Source: Candidatus Aenigmatarchaeota archaeon (GTDB lineage: Archaea > Aenigmatarchaeota > Aenigmatarchaeia > CG10238-14). Taken from it: a stretch of DNA of 64,000 nt. The stretch is from assembly GCA_018920365.1 (NCBI GenBank), contig JAHLMM010000001.1:135628-199627 (forward strand). The letters are read 5' to 3'. Made by a program: the position numbers and the translations under genes. Under the pieces are notes generated by a model. That model saw only the letters and a program-made list of their open reading frames with translations. It made no database searches and was not told where the DNA came from. Positions 28,410 through 36,726 of this stretch are shown one piece after another (within the stretch, counting starts at the first letter, position 1; every line of letters begins with the position of its first letter).

Positions 28410-29235
28410 CTTTAATTTTATCTATAATATCTCTTTCGGTTATTATGCCAACAAGTTTATTATTTTCAATCACTGGTAATCCACCAATTTTATTTTTTTC
28501 CATAATTTCTATTGCCGCCATAACATCATCGTCAGGCTCAACATATGCTATATCTTTTATACAAACTTCAGTATTTAATCTGTTTAAATCATTTCCTTCA
28601 ATGATTTCTTTCAAGCATATCCTGTCTGTTACAATGCCTCTTATGATGTTCGAATCAACAATTGGTAGCTTTCTATACTTTGCGTTTACAAGATTTTTGA
28701 CAGAATCGATGATTTTTTCTGTTTTAACAAAAAATGGCTTCTTTGTCATAAAAAATTTTATTTTATTTTTCAATCCATCCTCATCTATGATCGATATAAT
28801 GTCATTTTCTGTTATTATACCAACAAGATTATTTTTTTTATCAAAAACCGGGAAGCCGCCACGTCTAGAGTATTGAAATTTTTTTATTATTTCCTTCACG
28901 CTGTCATCTTTATAGCAAAATATAAAATCTCTAATCATTATTTCTTCTATTTTTTTATCAAAACTTACTCCTCTCAGAAAAGCATCTAGAATATCCATTG
29001 CTGTTATTATGCCGACAACATTCTTTGAAATTAAATTTTTCTTAATTATTGGTTGTCTTCTGTGATTTGTTTTAATAATATTCTTTGCAACATCTATTAT
29101 TTTTGTTGTGTTGTGTTGATAGACAACATTCTTTGTTGAAAAATCGTATATATTTTTTTCTTTTGACTCTTCTTTTATAAAAATCATAATATTTAATTTA
29201 TTTGCCAATTTAAAGAAAATTACTCTTCTCTGCAA
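28402..29235 (-). CDS. CBS-domain protein (four CBS repeats)
   Basis: Repeated ...VVGIITAMDIL.. / LVGIITENDII / IRGIVTDRICL / LVGIITERDII CBS signatures. Confidence 0.7.
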   Translation of the reverse strand: MQRRVIFFKLANKLNIMIFIKEESKEKNIYDFSTKNVVYQHNTTKIIDVAKNIIKTNHRRQPIIKKNLISKNVVGIITAMDILDAFLRGVSFDKKIEEIMIRDFIFCYKDDSVKEIIKKFQYSRRGGFPVFDKKNNLVGIITENDIISIIDEDGLKNKIKFFMTKKPFFVKTEKIIDSVKNLVNAKYRKLPIVDSNIIRGIVTDRICLKEIIEGNDLNRLNTEVCIKDIAYVEPDDDVMAAIEIMEKNKIGGLPVIENNKLVGIITERDIIDKIKVT

Positions 29236-29759
29236 TTTTCACATATCCATTGATCATCTTCAAAAACAAGAAAATCTGAATAATTACCGCAGACATCACA
29301 CAAGCCAGACGCAATTGAATTTTGTATTATTGGCTTTGCTGCTTTCATGCTAAGCCTTTCCTTTAATATTTCTATCATTTCAGGCACTGTCCTAGCTATA
29401 TCAGTAGTTGTTACAATACCAACAACTTTGCCATTTTGTATAACAGGTATTCTCTTTATTTTATGTTTTCTCATCTTTTCGACTGCAGCACTATAATCAT
29501 CATCAGGCTTAACAAATACTAGAGGCGAGCTCATGATATCTTCTGCCTTTAGTTTTTTAGGATCTTGTGATGTTGCAACTATTTTTTTAACCAAATCAGT
29601 TTCAGTAATTATACCAATCGGGTTTCCATTGTCTTGCACTATAATTGATCCAACTCTGTTTGCTACCATTTTTTGAGCAACTGTTGAGACATCTTCGTTT
29701 TTATTTACAGTAAGGGGTTTTTTCGTCATTACATTTTCTACTTTGATTTTCATAACCAT
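29220..29759 (-). CDS. CBS-pair protein with C-terminal Zn ribbon
   Basis: Two CBS motifs (PIGIITETDLV, VVGIVTTTDIA) then CDVCGN...CENC. Confidence 0.7.
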   Translation of the reverse strand: MVMKIKVENVMTKKPLTVNKNEDVSTVAQKMVANRVGSIIVQDNGNPIGIITETDLVKKIVATSQDPKKLKAEDIMSSPLVFVKPDDDYSAAVEKMRKHKIKRIPVIQNGKVVGIVTTTDIARTVPEMIEILKERLSMKAAKPIIQNSIASGLCDVCGNYSDFLVFEDDQWICENCREE

Positions 29760-29807
29760 ACTATCACTTTAATATACCTCTAAATAATAATTAAATTTAG
29801 GATTTAA

Positions 29808-30116
29808 ATGCATAAAGGATACAGGTATGAATATGCTGTAAAAAAGAAGCTTATTGATGATTATGGAAAACAAAATGTGCTAAAACTTGCTATAGGACAG
29901 TCGGCAGATTTCATAGTGCTTGCACCGAACCAAAATAAAGTAGAAAAAATAGTTGAAGTAAAAGGTACTAGAAAAGAAAAATTTTATTTGAAACCAAGGG
30001 AAAAAATACAGTTTGAAAATATTGATAAGCTTGCAAAAGAACATAATATACCTATAGAAATTTGGATTAAAACAAAAAACAATGGGTTTGAAATAAAAAG
30101 AAAGGTGATCGAATGA
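29808..30116 (+). CDS. hjc: Holliday-junction resolvase Hjc-like PD-(D/E)xK nuclease (short, 102 aa)
   Basis: KGYRYEYAVKKKL..GQSADFIVLA...VEVKGT...YL..EKI pattern matches Hjc ERE...D...EVK catalytic arrangement. Confidence 0.5.
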   Translation: MHKGYRYEYAVKKKLIDDYGKQNVLKLAIGQSADFIVLAPNQNKVEKIVEVKGTRKEKFYLKPREKIQFENIDKLAKEHNIPIEIWIKTKNNGFEIKRKVIE

Positions 30117-30796
30117 AATTGCTTGTGTTGAGTGATAATCACAATGATGTTGAAAACATGTTTACTTTTATTGATATTCTTTCAGGCTATGATTTTGACG
30201 CAATAATTTATGCAGGAGATTTTAGTGATGTAAACGTACCAAAGGGATTTAAACAAGAAGATGTTGCTAAAATTATAATAGAAGAGCTGAGAACATTTAA
30301 AAAACCTATATTTGCTATTCCTGGAAACAATGATAACAAACAAGTTATTGAACTGATTGAAAAAGAAAACATAAGTATACATGGAAAGGGTAGAATTTTT
30401 AATGGTATTGGTTTCTATGGGTTTGGTGGTGCACAAACCCCCTTTAATACATCGTATGAACCAAAAGAAGATGAGATAAAGAAAGGTTTGGAAAGAAGTT
30501 TTATAGATGTTATGAATGCTAGCAAAAAAATACAGGTGACACACTCTCCTCCCATAGACACAAAACTTGATTATATAAACACAGGCATACATGTTGGTTC
30601 AAGAGTAATAAGAAATTTTATTGAAAAATACTCGCCTTTGGTTGCTGTTTCTGCACACATACACGAATCAAGGGGTATAGATTTTCTAAACAACACTCTG
30701 CTTATTAATCCTGGCAGGTTTGCAGAAGGTTATGTTGGTTTTATTGATCTAGAAAAAGAAAAACCTGAAGCTAAGATTATAAACTTAATAGAGTGA
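30113..30796 (+). CDS. Calcineurin-like metallophosphoesterase
   Basis: LSDNHND, YAGDFSD, GNND, HSPP, SAHIHES motifs in canonical order. Confidence 0.7.
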   Translation: MKLLVLSDNHNDVENMFTFIDILSGYDFDAIIYAGDFSDVNVPKGFKQEDVAKIIIEELRTFKKPIFAIPGNNDNKQVIELIEKENISIHGKGRIFNGIGFYGFGGAQTPFNTSYEPKEDEIKKGLERSFIDVMNASKKIQVTHSPPIDTKLDYINTGIHVGSRVIRNFIEKYSPLVAVSAHIHESRGIDFLNNTLLINPGRFAEGYVGFIDLEKEKPEAKIINLIE

Positions 30797-30988
30797 GACA
30801 CCCGTTTATTTCTTATGGATCTGTTGTTTTTTTGTTCAAAAATAAAACAACAAATAATATAATAATATAATACTGTTATATCTAAATAGCTGATTATATT
30901 GCATAAACTCCAAAAGAAACAAAGGGGTGAGGGATATTATATATTTTCCAATAGAAAAAGGTTTATTTCTACAGGAATATTTTGTTTT

Positions 30989-32203
30989 ATGGAATCTCAA
31001 AAAACAATAAAACATATCTTCCAAGAGTATATATCTAAATCAACACCAATTTTTAAAAACAGAGAAGTGTTGACATCTGAGTTTATACCAGAGACAATTC
31101 AACATAGAAACAAGGAAATAAATACCATAGCATCGATTTTGGCACCATCACTTAAAGGTGGCAGGCCATCCAACATATTCATATACGGCTTGACAGGTAC
31201 AGGCAAAACTCTTGTTTCAAAACATATAACAGACGAGCTTGAAAAAATATCAAAACAAGGCAATTATCCAATCAAAGTACTTTATGTTAACTGTAAAATG
31301 AAAAAAATTTCTGACACAGAATATAGACTAATGGCAGAACTTTGCAGGCTTTTGGGGTATGAACTGCCAGCTACTGGGTTGCCTACAGACTATATATATC
31401 AAACTTTTTTCAATGCTCTTGATTCTGAAAAGAGAATAGTCATAATAATTCTTGATGAAATAGACGCTTTGGTTGAAAAAATAGGCGACGAATTTCTTTA
31501 CAACTTAACTAGGATAAATCAAGAATTGAAAAATTCAAAAATATCAATAATAGGTATAACAAATGATCTTCATTTTATAGAAATTTTAGATCCAAGAGTA
31601 AAAAGTTCTTTAAGGGAAGAAGAAGTTTTATTCTTCCCATACAATGCAACACAATTACATGATATATTGAAGCACAGATCTTACTATGCATTTTATGATA
31701 ACGTTTTATCTGATGAAGTTATACCAAAATGTGCTGCTCTAGCCGCTCAAGAGCACGGCGATGCAAGGCGTGCTTTAGATTTGCTTAGAGTTGCGGGTGA
31801 AATAGCAGAGAGGATGAATGATGACAAGGTTACAGAAAAACACGTTGATTTAGCACAAGAGAAAATAGATTATGACAGAGTCATAGAATCAACGAAATCT
31901 TTACCAAAACAAACCAAAGTTGTTTTGTGGTCTATTTTAGAATTGTCAAATGAAAAAAATGATGATATACAAACAGGTGAAGTTTATGATATATATCAAA
32001 GAAAATGTAAAGAAATAGGTCTATTTCCATTGACACAAAGAAGAATATCAGACTTGATTTCAGAACTTGATATGACAGGGATAATAAATGCCAAAGTCAC
32101 GTCTTTAGGCAGATATGGCCGAACTAGGGTTATAATGCTTAATTTAAACGAAAGTGTGAAAGAAAAAGTCAAAGCAATTTTAAATGAAAGTTTAGTGATT
32201 TAA
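30989..32203 (+). CDS. orc1: Orc1/Cdc6 replication initiator (ORF-track start 30899 is probably too far upstream; Met at 30989 fits homologs)
   Basis: Walker A GLTGTGKT, Walker B ILDEIDAL, sensor regions, C-terminal winged helix (LTQRRISDLISELDMTGII). Confidence 0.85.
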   Translation: MESQKTIKHIFQEYISKSTPIFKNREVLTSEFIPETIQHRNKEINTIASILAPSLKGGRPSNIFIYGLTGTGKTLVSKHITDELEKISKQGNYPIKVLYVNCKMKKISDTEYRLMAELCRLLGYELPATGLPTDYIYQTFFNALDSEKRIVIIILDEIDALVEKIGDEFLYNLTRINQELKNSKISIIGITNDLHFIEILDPRVKSSLREEEVLFFPYNATQLHDILKHRSYYAFYDNVLSDEVIPKCAALAAQEHGDARRALDLLRVAGEIAERMNDDKVTEKHVDLAQEKIDYDRVIESTKSLPKQTKVVLWSILELSNEKNDDIQTGEVYDIYQRKCKEIGLFPLTQRRISDLISELDMTGIINAKVTSLGRYGRTRVIMLNLNESVKEKVKAILNESLVI

Positions 32204-33150
32204 TGGATGAAAAGGAGATAGTAAAGACATTTCTAGATATGGGGGTCCAATTAACAAAAGATTCTTTAGCATTAATAAAAACAAACCCCGAAATTGTTAT
32301 TAGCGAAGTAAAAAATATGAAAGTAAAACCTTTTTTTCTGACATATGATTATGTTAACAGCATTTTAAACAAACATCGTGATCCAAAACAAAGAATAAAA
32401 ATATTAAAACAGTGGAAAATACAGCAAAAGACAGTGAAAATAGATGATTATAATTTTCACTTGACAAAAAAATATGAAAAAATAAGAGACATTTTCATTT
32501 CCTATGGAATCAATGCAATTTCGATAAACAAGATAAACGAAAATACAAGAGAATTTTCTGCTATAGGTTTGATTTTTTCCAAAACACCAAAATCTTTTGT
32601 TTTAGAAGACTTAACAGGAGAAATAGAAATAAATGTTGAAGGTTTGATGAAAAACAAACTTTCAGAATTTAACAATGACGATGTAGTAGCAGTTAGCTGT
32701 ATAAAAGAGAGGGATAAATATTTTGCAAAGAAATTGCTTCACCCAGATATACCACTTGATAGAAATGTGAAAAAACTAAATGAAAATATAGAAATAGAAC
32801 TATCACTTGGTGAAAATTCTTTTATCAACATCAATGATTTTGATTCGCCAGTAATGTTGGATTTTGACAACATAAATTTTCTTGTAATACCAAGAATTTT
32901 TTTGGAAAAAATAGACAAAGCGGAGAAAGAATATTTTATTGATATATTGAAAAAGAGATATATGCTTCCAGAATTCAATCCAAAAATAAGCTATTCTGAA
33001 GATGATTTTGTGATGGATGAGCTACCTGATTTTATAATTTCAGATATAGGAGAAAGAGCATCAAAAAACTACAAAGGCACAACAATACTACTTCTGGATG
33101 AAAATGGCTTCAAAGTCAATCTTCACACAAGAGAAGTAAATGAAATATAG
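32203..33150 (+). CDS. DP1-like (PolD small subunit / polymerase B-subunit-like) OB-fold protein lacking the phosphoesterase domain (tentative)
   Basis: Helical N-domain, OB-like AIGLIFSKTPKSFVLEDLTGEIEINVEG...DDVVAVSC (DP1-type leDxtGxi), then FIISDIGERAS resembling DP1 motif I (SD(I/V)H(V/L)GS) with His replaced by Gly; ends 35 aa later; start overlaps orc1 stop (TAATG). Confidence 0.4.
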   Translation: MDEKEIVKTFLDMGVQLTKDSLALIKTNPEIVISEVKNMKVKPFFLTYDYVNSILNKHRDPKQRIKILKQWKIQQKTVKIDDYNFHLTKKYEKIRDIFISYGINAISINKINENTREFSAIGLIFSKTPKSFVLEDLTGEIEINVEGLMKNKLSEFNNDDVVAVSCIKERDKYFAKKLLHPDIPLDRNVKKLNENIEIELSLGENSFININDFDSPVMLDFDNINFLVIPRIFLEKIDKAEKEYFIDILKKRYMLPEFNPKISYSEDDFVMDELPDFIISDIGERASKNYKGTTILLLDENGFKVNLHTREVNEI

Positions 33151-33198
33151 CCAGAAATATATAAACACATTAAAAGTCGAACAAATATTATTAACAAC

Positions 33199-35907
33199 AT
33201 GGAATTAGACTTTCAAGTTTTAGATGTGGATTATATAATGCTGAACGATCATCCAACAATAAGGATTTTTGGAAAAACACCAGATAAAAAATCAATAACT
33301 GTTTTTGTGGATGATTTTTTGCCATATTTCTATGTTTATACAGACGAGGATAAGTTTGAACAGCTAATAAAATATATTGAAAGCAAATACAAAGGCATTT
33401 TAGAAAAAATAGAAATAGTAGAAATGTTTTTACCAATTTACTATTCAGACAAAAAAACAAAATTAATCAAAGTTACAATAAAAAACCCATCAATTGTTTC
33501 ACAAATAAGGGATGAATTGAGGCAAAAACCATTTGTTAAAGAAATTTACGAAGCCGATATACTTTTCAGAAACAGGTTCATGGCAGACAGAAACATAGTT
33601 GGTATGGGTTGGTATAAGGTTGATGGGATAGGCGCTAAAACAAGTACAGTAAAAACAGACTTGGTAGTTTCTGCAAAAAAAATAAAACCAATACCAAAAG
33701 AAGAAAACGTTCCTTTGAAATATCTTAGCGTGGACATAGAAACTTATACAGAGGAAGGCGGTATTCCTGATTCTTCAAAAGATCCTATAATAATGATCAG
33801 CTTGTTTTTCTACCCAACTTTTAAAGGGAAAAACAGCATGGTACTTATAGCAAAAAGATCAAAAAACCACTTTGAAGATACACTAACGTTTGATGATGAA
33901 AAGAAAATGCTTGAGGAATTCAAGAAAATCATAGATGATTATGACCCAGATATTTTGCTTGGCTACAATATTGCAAATTTCGATTTTCCATATATAGAGG
34001 CTAGACTAAAAGCAAATAATATCTCAAGATCTATTGGCAGATGTGCTCAAAAACAGATTATGATTTCGAAACTCTCAGCAAAATACAATGTTACTATTCC
34101 TGGAAGAATTGTTGTTGACGTCTATTCTTTAATCAAGGAGGCAACAACAAAATTTGGTTTGTATAAAGGATTGAAAAGATATGGTCTTGGCGATGTCTCA
34201 CAACTAATATTAGGTGAAACAAAAGTTGATGTATCACATAGTGAAATAAGCCTTTTCTGGAATGATGACGGAGATAAGTTTTCTAAACTTGTATCTTACA
34301 GCAGAAAAGATGCTGAACTGCCGTTTAGAATGTTGATAGAAATGAATATGCTTGACAAGTTTTTTGAAATATCCAAAGTAAGCGGTTTGGTTTTACAAGA
34401 TGTTTTAGATGGCGGCGAAGCTGCAAGAATTGAAAGTATTTTGCTAAGAGAATTCAATAAAAGAGGTTTTGTTATTCCAAACAAACCAAATGATTATGAG
34501 CTCAATAAAAGAAATGAAGAAAGAATTGGATCATCATTAAAAGGTGGTTTTGTTTTACAGCCTGAAATAGGTTTTCATGACAAAGCAGTTGTTTATCTTG
34601 ATTTCAAGTCAATGTATCCAAGCATAATGATGGCTTTGAACATATGCCCAACAACTCTACTGAAAGATGCTAACGCTGAAATTGAAAAAATTGTTTCCCC
34701 GCTAGGCACAGCATTTGTTTCACCATCAATAAGAAAAGGCATTGTTCCAGATATAGTAGAGTATTTGATAAACATGAGAGACAAGGTCAAAAAGGAAATG
34801 AAGTCAGCCGCATCAGACCAAACAAAGAAATACTTGTATGCAAAGCAATATGCTTTCAAAACAGTAGCAAACGCTTTCTACGGTTATATGGGTTATATTA
34901 GGGCAAGACTATATGTTCTTGATATTGCTAATACAATAACTACAACAGGCAGAGACACTATAAATACCACGAAAAAAATAGTTGAGACAAACACAAAATA
35001 CAAGGTTGTGTATGCTGACACAGATTCTGTAATGGTAAAATTAGATATAAGCGATGTCGAAGAGGCATTCAAAATAGGTGCAAAGCTTGCAGATATGATT
35101 AATAGCAACATGAAATATGCGCTTAGAATGAAGATAGAAAGTGTTTTCAAAACATTACTTATTTTAAGCAAAAAGAGATATGCTGGCTGGAGCTTTGAAG
35201 AGGTTAACGGAAAGTATGAAGACTCTATAGTAACAAAAGGTATAGAAACTGTAAGAAGAGATTGGTGCAACCTAGTTTCAGAAACTTTGCAAGATGTTTT
35301 AAACATTATATTAAAAGAGCAGGATATTGACAAAGCTATGAATATAGTTAAATCACGCATAAGTGATATAAGAACAGGAAAAATGGATATTAACAAACTG
35401 GTTATAACAAAAAGTATTTCTAAATCTCTTAAAACATACAAAGGCGTCCAACCTCATGTAGAGCTGCTTAAAAAAATGAGAAAAAGAGATCCAACTTCAG
35501 CGCCAGGTATAGGCGATAGGGTTGGTTATGTTATTATCAAAGGCACAGGTCAAGTATCAAAAAGAACTGAAGATCCAGAATATGTGTTGAAGCATAAAAT
35601 ACCAATTGATTCAGATTATTATATAGAGAATCAACTTCTTCCACCATTAGAAAGAGTTTTTGAAGTATTGAATATAAGCAAAAATGAGCTTTTGGGCAGT
35701 GGTAAGCAAATAGGTTTGTTTGACATATTGAGCAACAAGAATGGTAATGAATTAGTTGATGTTTTGGACAGTATTGATGGTTTTATATGCATGAGTTGTG
35801 GAAATATTTTGAGAAGAGTTCCATTGTCAGGTAAATGCAACAATTGTCAGGGTGAAATAGTTTTTTACAAAGACAGTAAAAAATCAAAAAAACTTTTGAT
35901 TTGTTGA
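33199..35907 (+). CDS. polB: Family B DNA polymerase (PolB), no intein
   Basis: Exo I SVDIETY, Exo II YNIANFDFPY, Exo III YSRKDAEL, pol KTVANAFYGYMG and YADTDS, C-terminal Cys4 module CMSCGN...CNNCQG; 902 aa. Confidence 0.9.
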   Translation: MELDFQVLDVDYIMLNDHPTIRIFGKTPDKKSITVFVDDFLPYFYVYTDEDKFEQLIKYIESKYKGILEKIEIVEMFLPIYYSDKKTKLIKVTIKNPSIVSQIRDELRQKPFVKEIYEADILFRNRFMADRNIVGMGWYKVDGIGAKTSTVKTDLVVSAKKIKPIPKEENVPLKYLSVDIETYTEEGGIPDSSKDPIIMISLFFYPTFKGKNSMVLIAKRSKNHFEDTLTFDDEKKMLEEFKKIIDDYDPDILLGYNIANFDFPYIEARLKANNISRSIGRCAQKQIMISKLSAKYNVTIPGRIVVDVYSLIKEATTKFGLYKGLKRYGLGDVSQLILGETKVDVSHSEISLFWNDDGDKFSKLVSYSRKDAELPFRMLIEMNMLDKFFEISKVSGLVLQDVLDGGEAARIESILLREFNKRGFVIPNKPNDYELNKRNEERIGSSLKGGFVLQPEIGFHDKAVVYLDFKSMYPSIMMALNICPTTLLKDANAEIEKIVSPLGTAFVSPSIRKGIVPDIVEYLINMRDKVKKEMKSAASDQTKKYLYAKQYAFKTVANAFYGYMGYIRARLYVLDIANTITTTGRDTINTTKKIVETNTKYKVVYADTDSVMVKLDISDVEEAFKIGAKLADMINSNMKYALRMKIESVFKTLLILSKKRYAGWSFEEVNGKYEDSIVTKGIETVRRDWCNLVSETLQDVLNIILKEQDIDKAMNIVKSRISDIRTGKMDINKLVITKSISKSLKTYKGVQPHVELLKKMRKRDPTSAPGIGDRVGYVIIKGTGQVSKRTEDPEYVLKHKIPIDSDYYIENQLLPPLERVFEVLNISKNELLGSGKQIGLFDILSNKNGNELVDVLDSIDGFICMSCGNILRRVPLSGKCNNCQGEIVFYKDSKKSKKLLIC

Positions 35908-35972
35908 CTTCACAAACACTTCACAAAACCTTCATTTACTAGATTAAAAATCGCGTGAACGTTTTTGTGAAA
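35907..35972. promoter_or_regulatory. Smaller version of the same array: 2x ACTTCAC at 11-bp phasing (35907, 35918), AT spacer, GTGAAC/GTGAAA (35955, 35967); at the polB stop / LAGLIDADG 3' end
   Basis: Direct reading of sequence; near-identical 11-mer ACTTCACAAAC as at 15509. Confidence 0.5.
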
Positions 35973-36660
35973 TCAATTTGTCAAATTTTACAGGATCGAT
36001 TATATTTTCAACAAGCTCCTTTTTTCGTTGATTTGTGAAACCGATTTTTTTTGTAAATTGTGAGACTTTGTTTTTTCCATTGATTTCTAAAACAGTGCTT
36101 TTACCATTTGAATAAATATTTGGTTTGATACCTTCCAATAGTAGCAGTTTAGCTAGCTGTTGAATGCCATTGCTGTTTACAGAAATAATTTTTATAGCTC
36201 TAATTTTTTGTCTATTTTTTAATCTATATATTATATTACCATGAATATCATAGAATGCTTGAAGGAATGAAATTCTAAACAACCGTGAATCAAATGCACG
36301 TGAAGGAACATTCCATTCATGTCTACCTGTTTTAATTTCATATGATTTTACTTTGTTGACAACATCCTTACCCCTTGCTATAAAAAGATCTGTTAAATAT
36401 TCTTTATCCTTTAATTTTCGCCTCCTTTTTAGTGTGGTGAATTCAATATTAGACAAGATTAAAGCCCTTGCTATAAGATTGCTTATGACTTGATCAGATG
36501 ATTCAATTGATATGTAATAGTCTTTATTTCTATCATTTATAACACCTTTTGCCGCTAATATACCACATAAATAACCTGATATATCATCCATAATATAATA
36601 GTAAAAGTAGGATTTAAAAAACCATAGCATAAATAGGAGTGTCGTATATTTCACGTGCAT
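35944..36660 (-). CDS. Free-standing LAGLIDADG homing endonuclease (two-motif, monomeric type); real start probably the MDDISGYL Met near 36591
   Basis: Motif 1 ISGYLCGILAAKGVI, motif 2 LQAFYDIHGNI, separated by ~100 aa. Confidence 0.55.
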   Translation of the reverse strand: MHVKYTTLLFMLWFFKSYFYYYIMDDISGYLCGILAAKGVINDRNKDYYISIESSDQVISNLIARALILSNIEFTTLKRRRKLKDKEYLTDLFIARGKDVVNKVKSYEIKTGRHEWNVPSRAFDSRLFRISFLQAFYDIHGNIIYRLKNRQKIRAIKIISVNSNGIQQLAKLLLLEGIKPNIYSNGKSTVLEINGKNKVSQFTKKIGFTNQRKKELVENIIDPVKFDKLISQKRSRDF

Positions 36661-36726
36661 TAAAATTCTGTAAATGTGTATATTCGTGAATTCACTTAAT
36701 TTTTGGAATCAGATAAAAAATGAAGT

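Noticed and set aside
33199-35907. Possible intein in polB (given the LAGLIDADG gene next door)
   Set aside because: PolB is 902 aa, with all exo and pol motifs in normal spacing and no Cys/Ser-His-Asn splice-junction blocks. The LAGLIDADG ORF is a separate gene on the opposite strand.
36650-36700. CACGTG and GAATTC hexamers read as restriction-site-like palindromes
   Set aside because: Short 6-bp palindromes are expected by chance. They are only noted as part of the larger GTGAA motif family, not as independent features.
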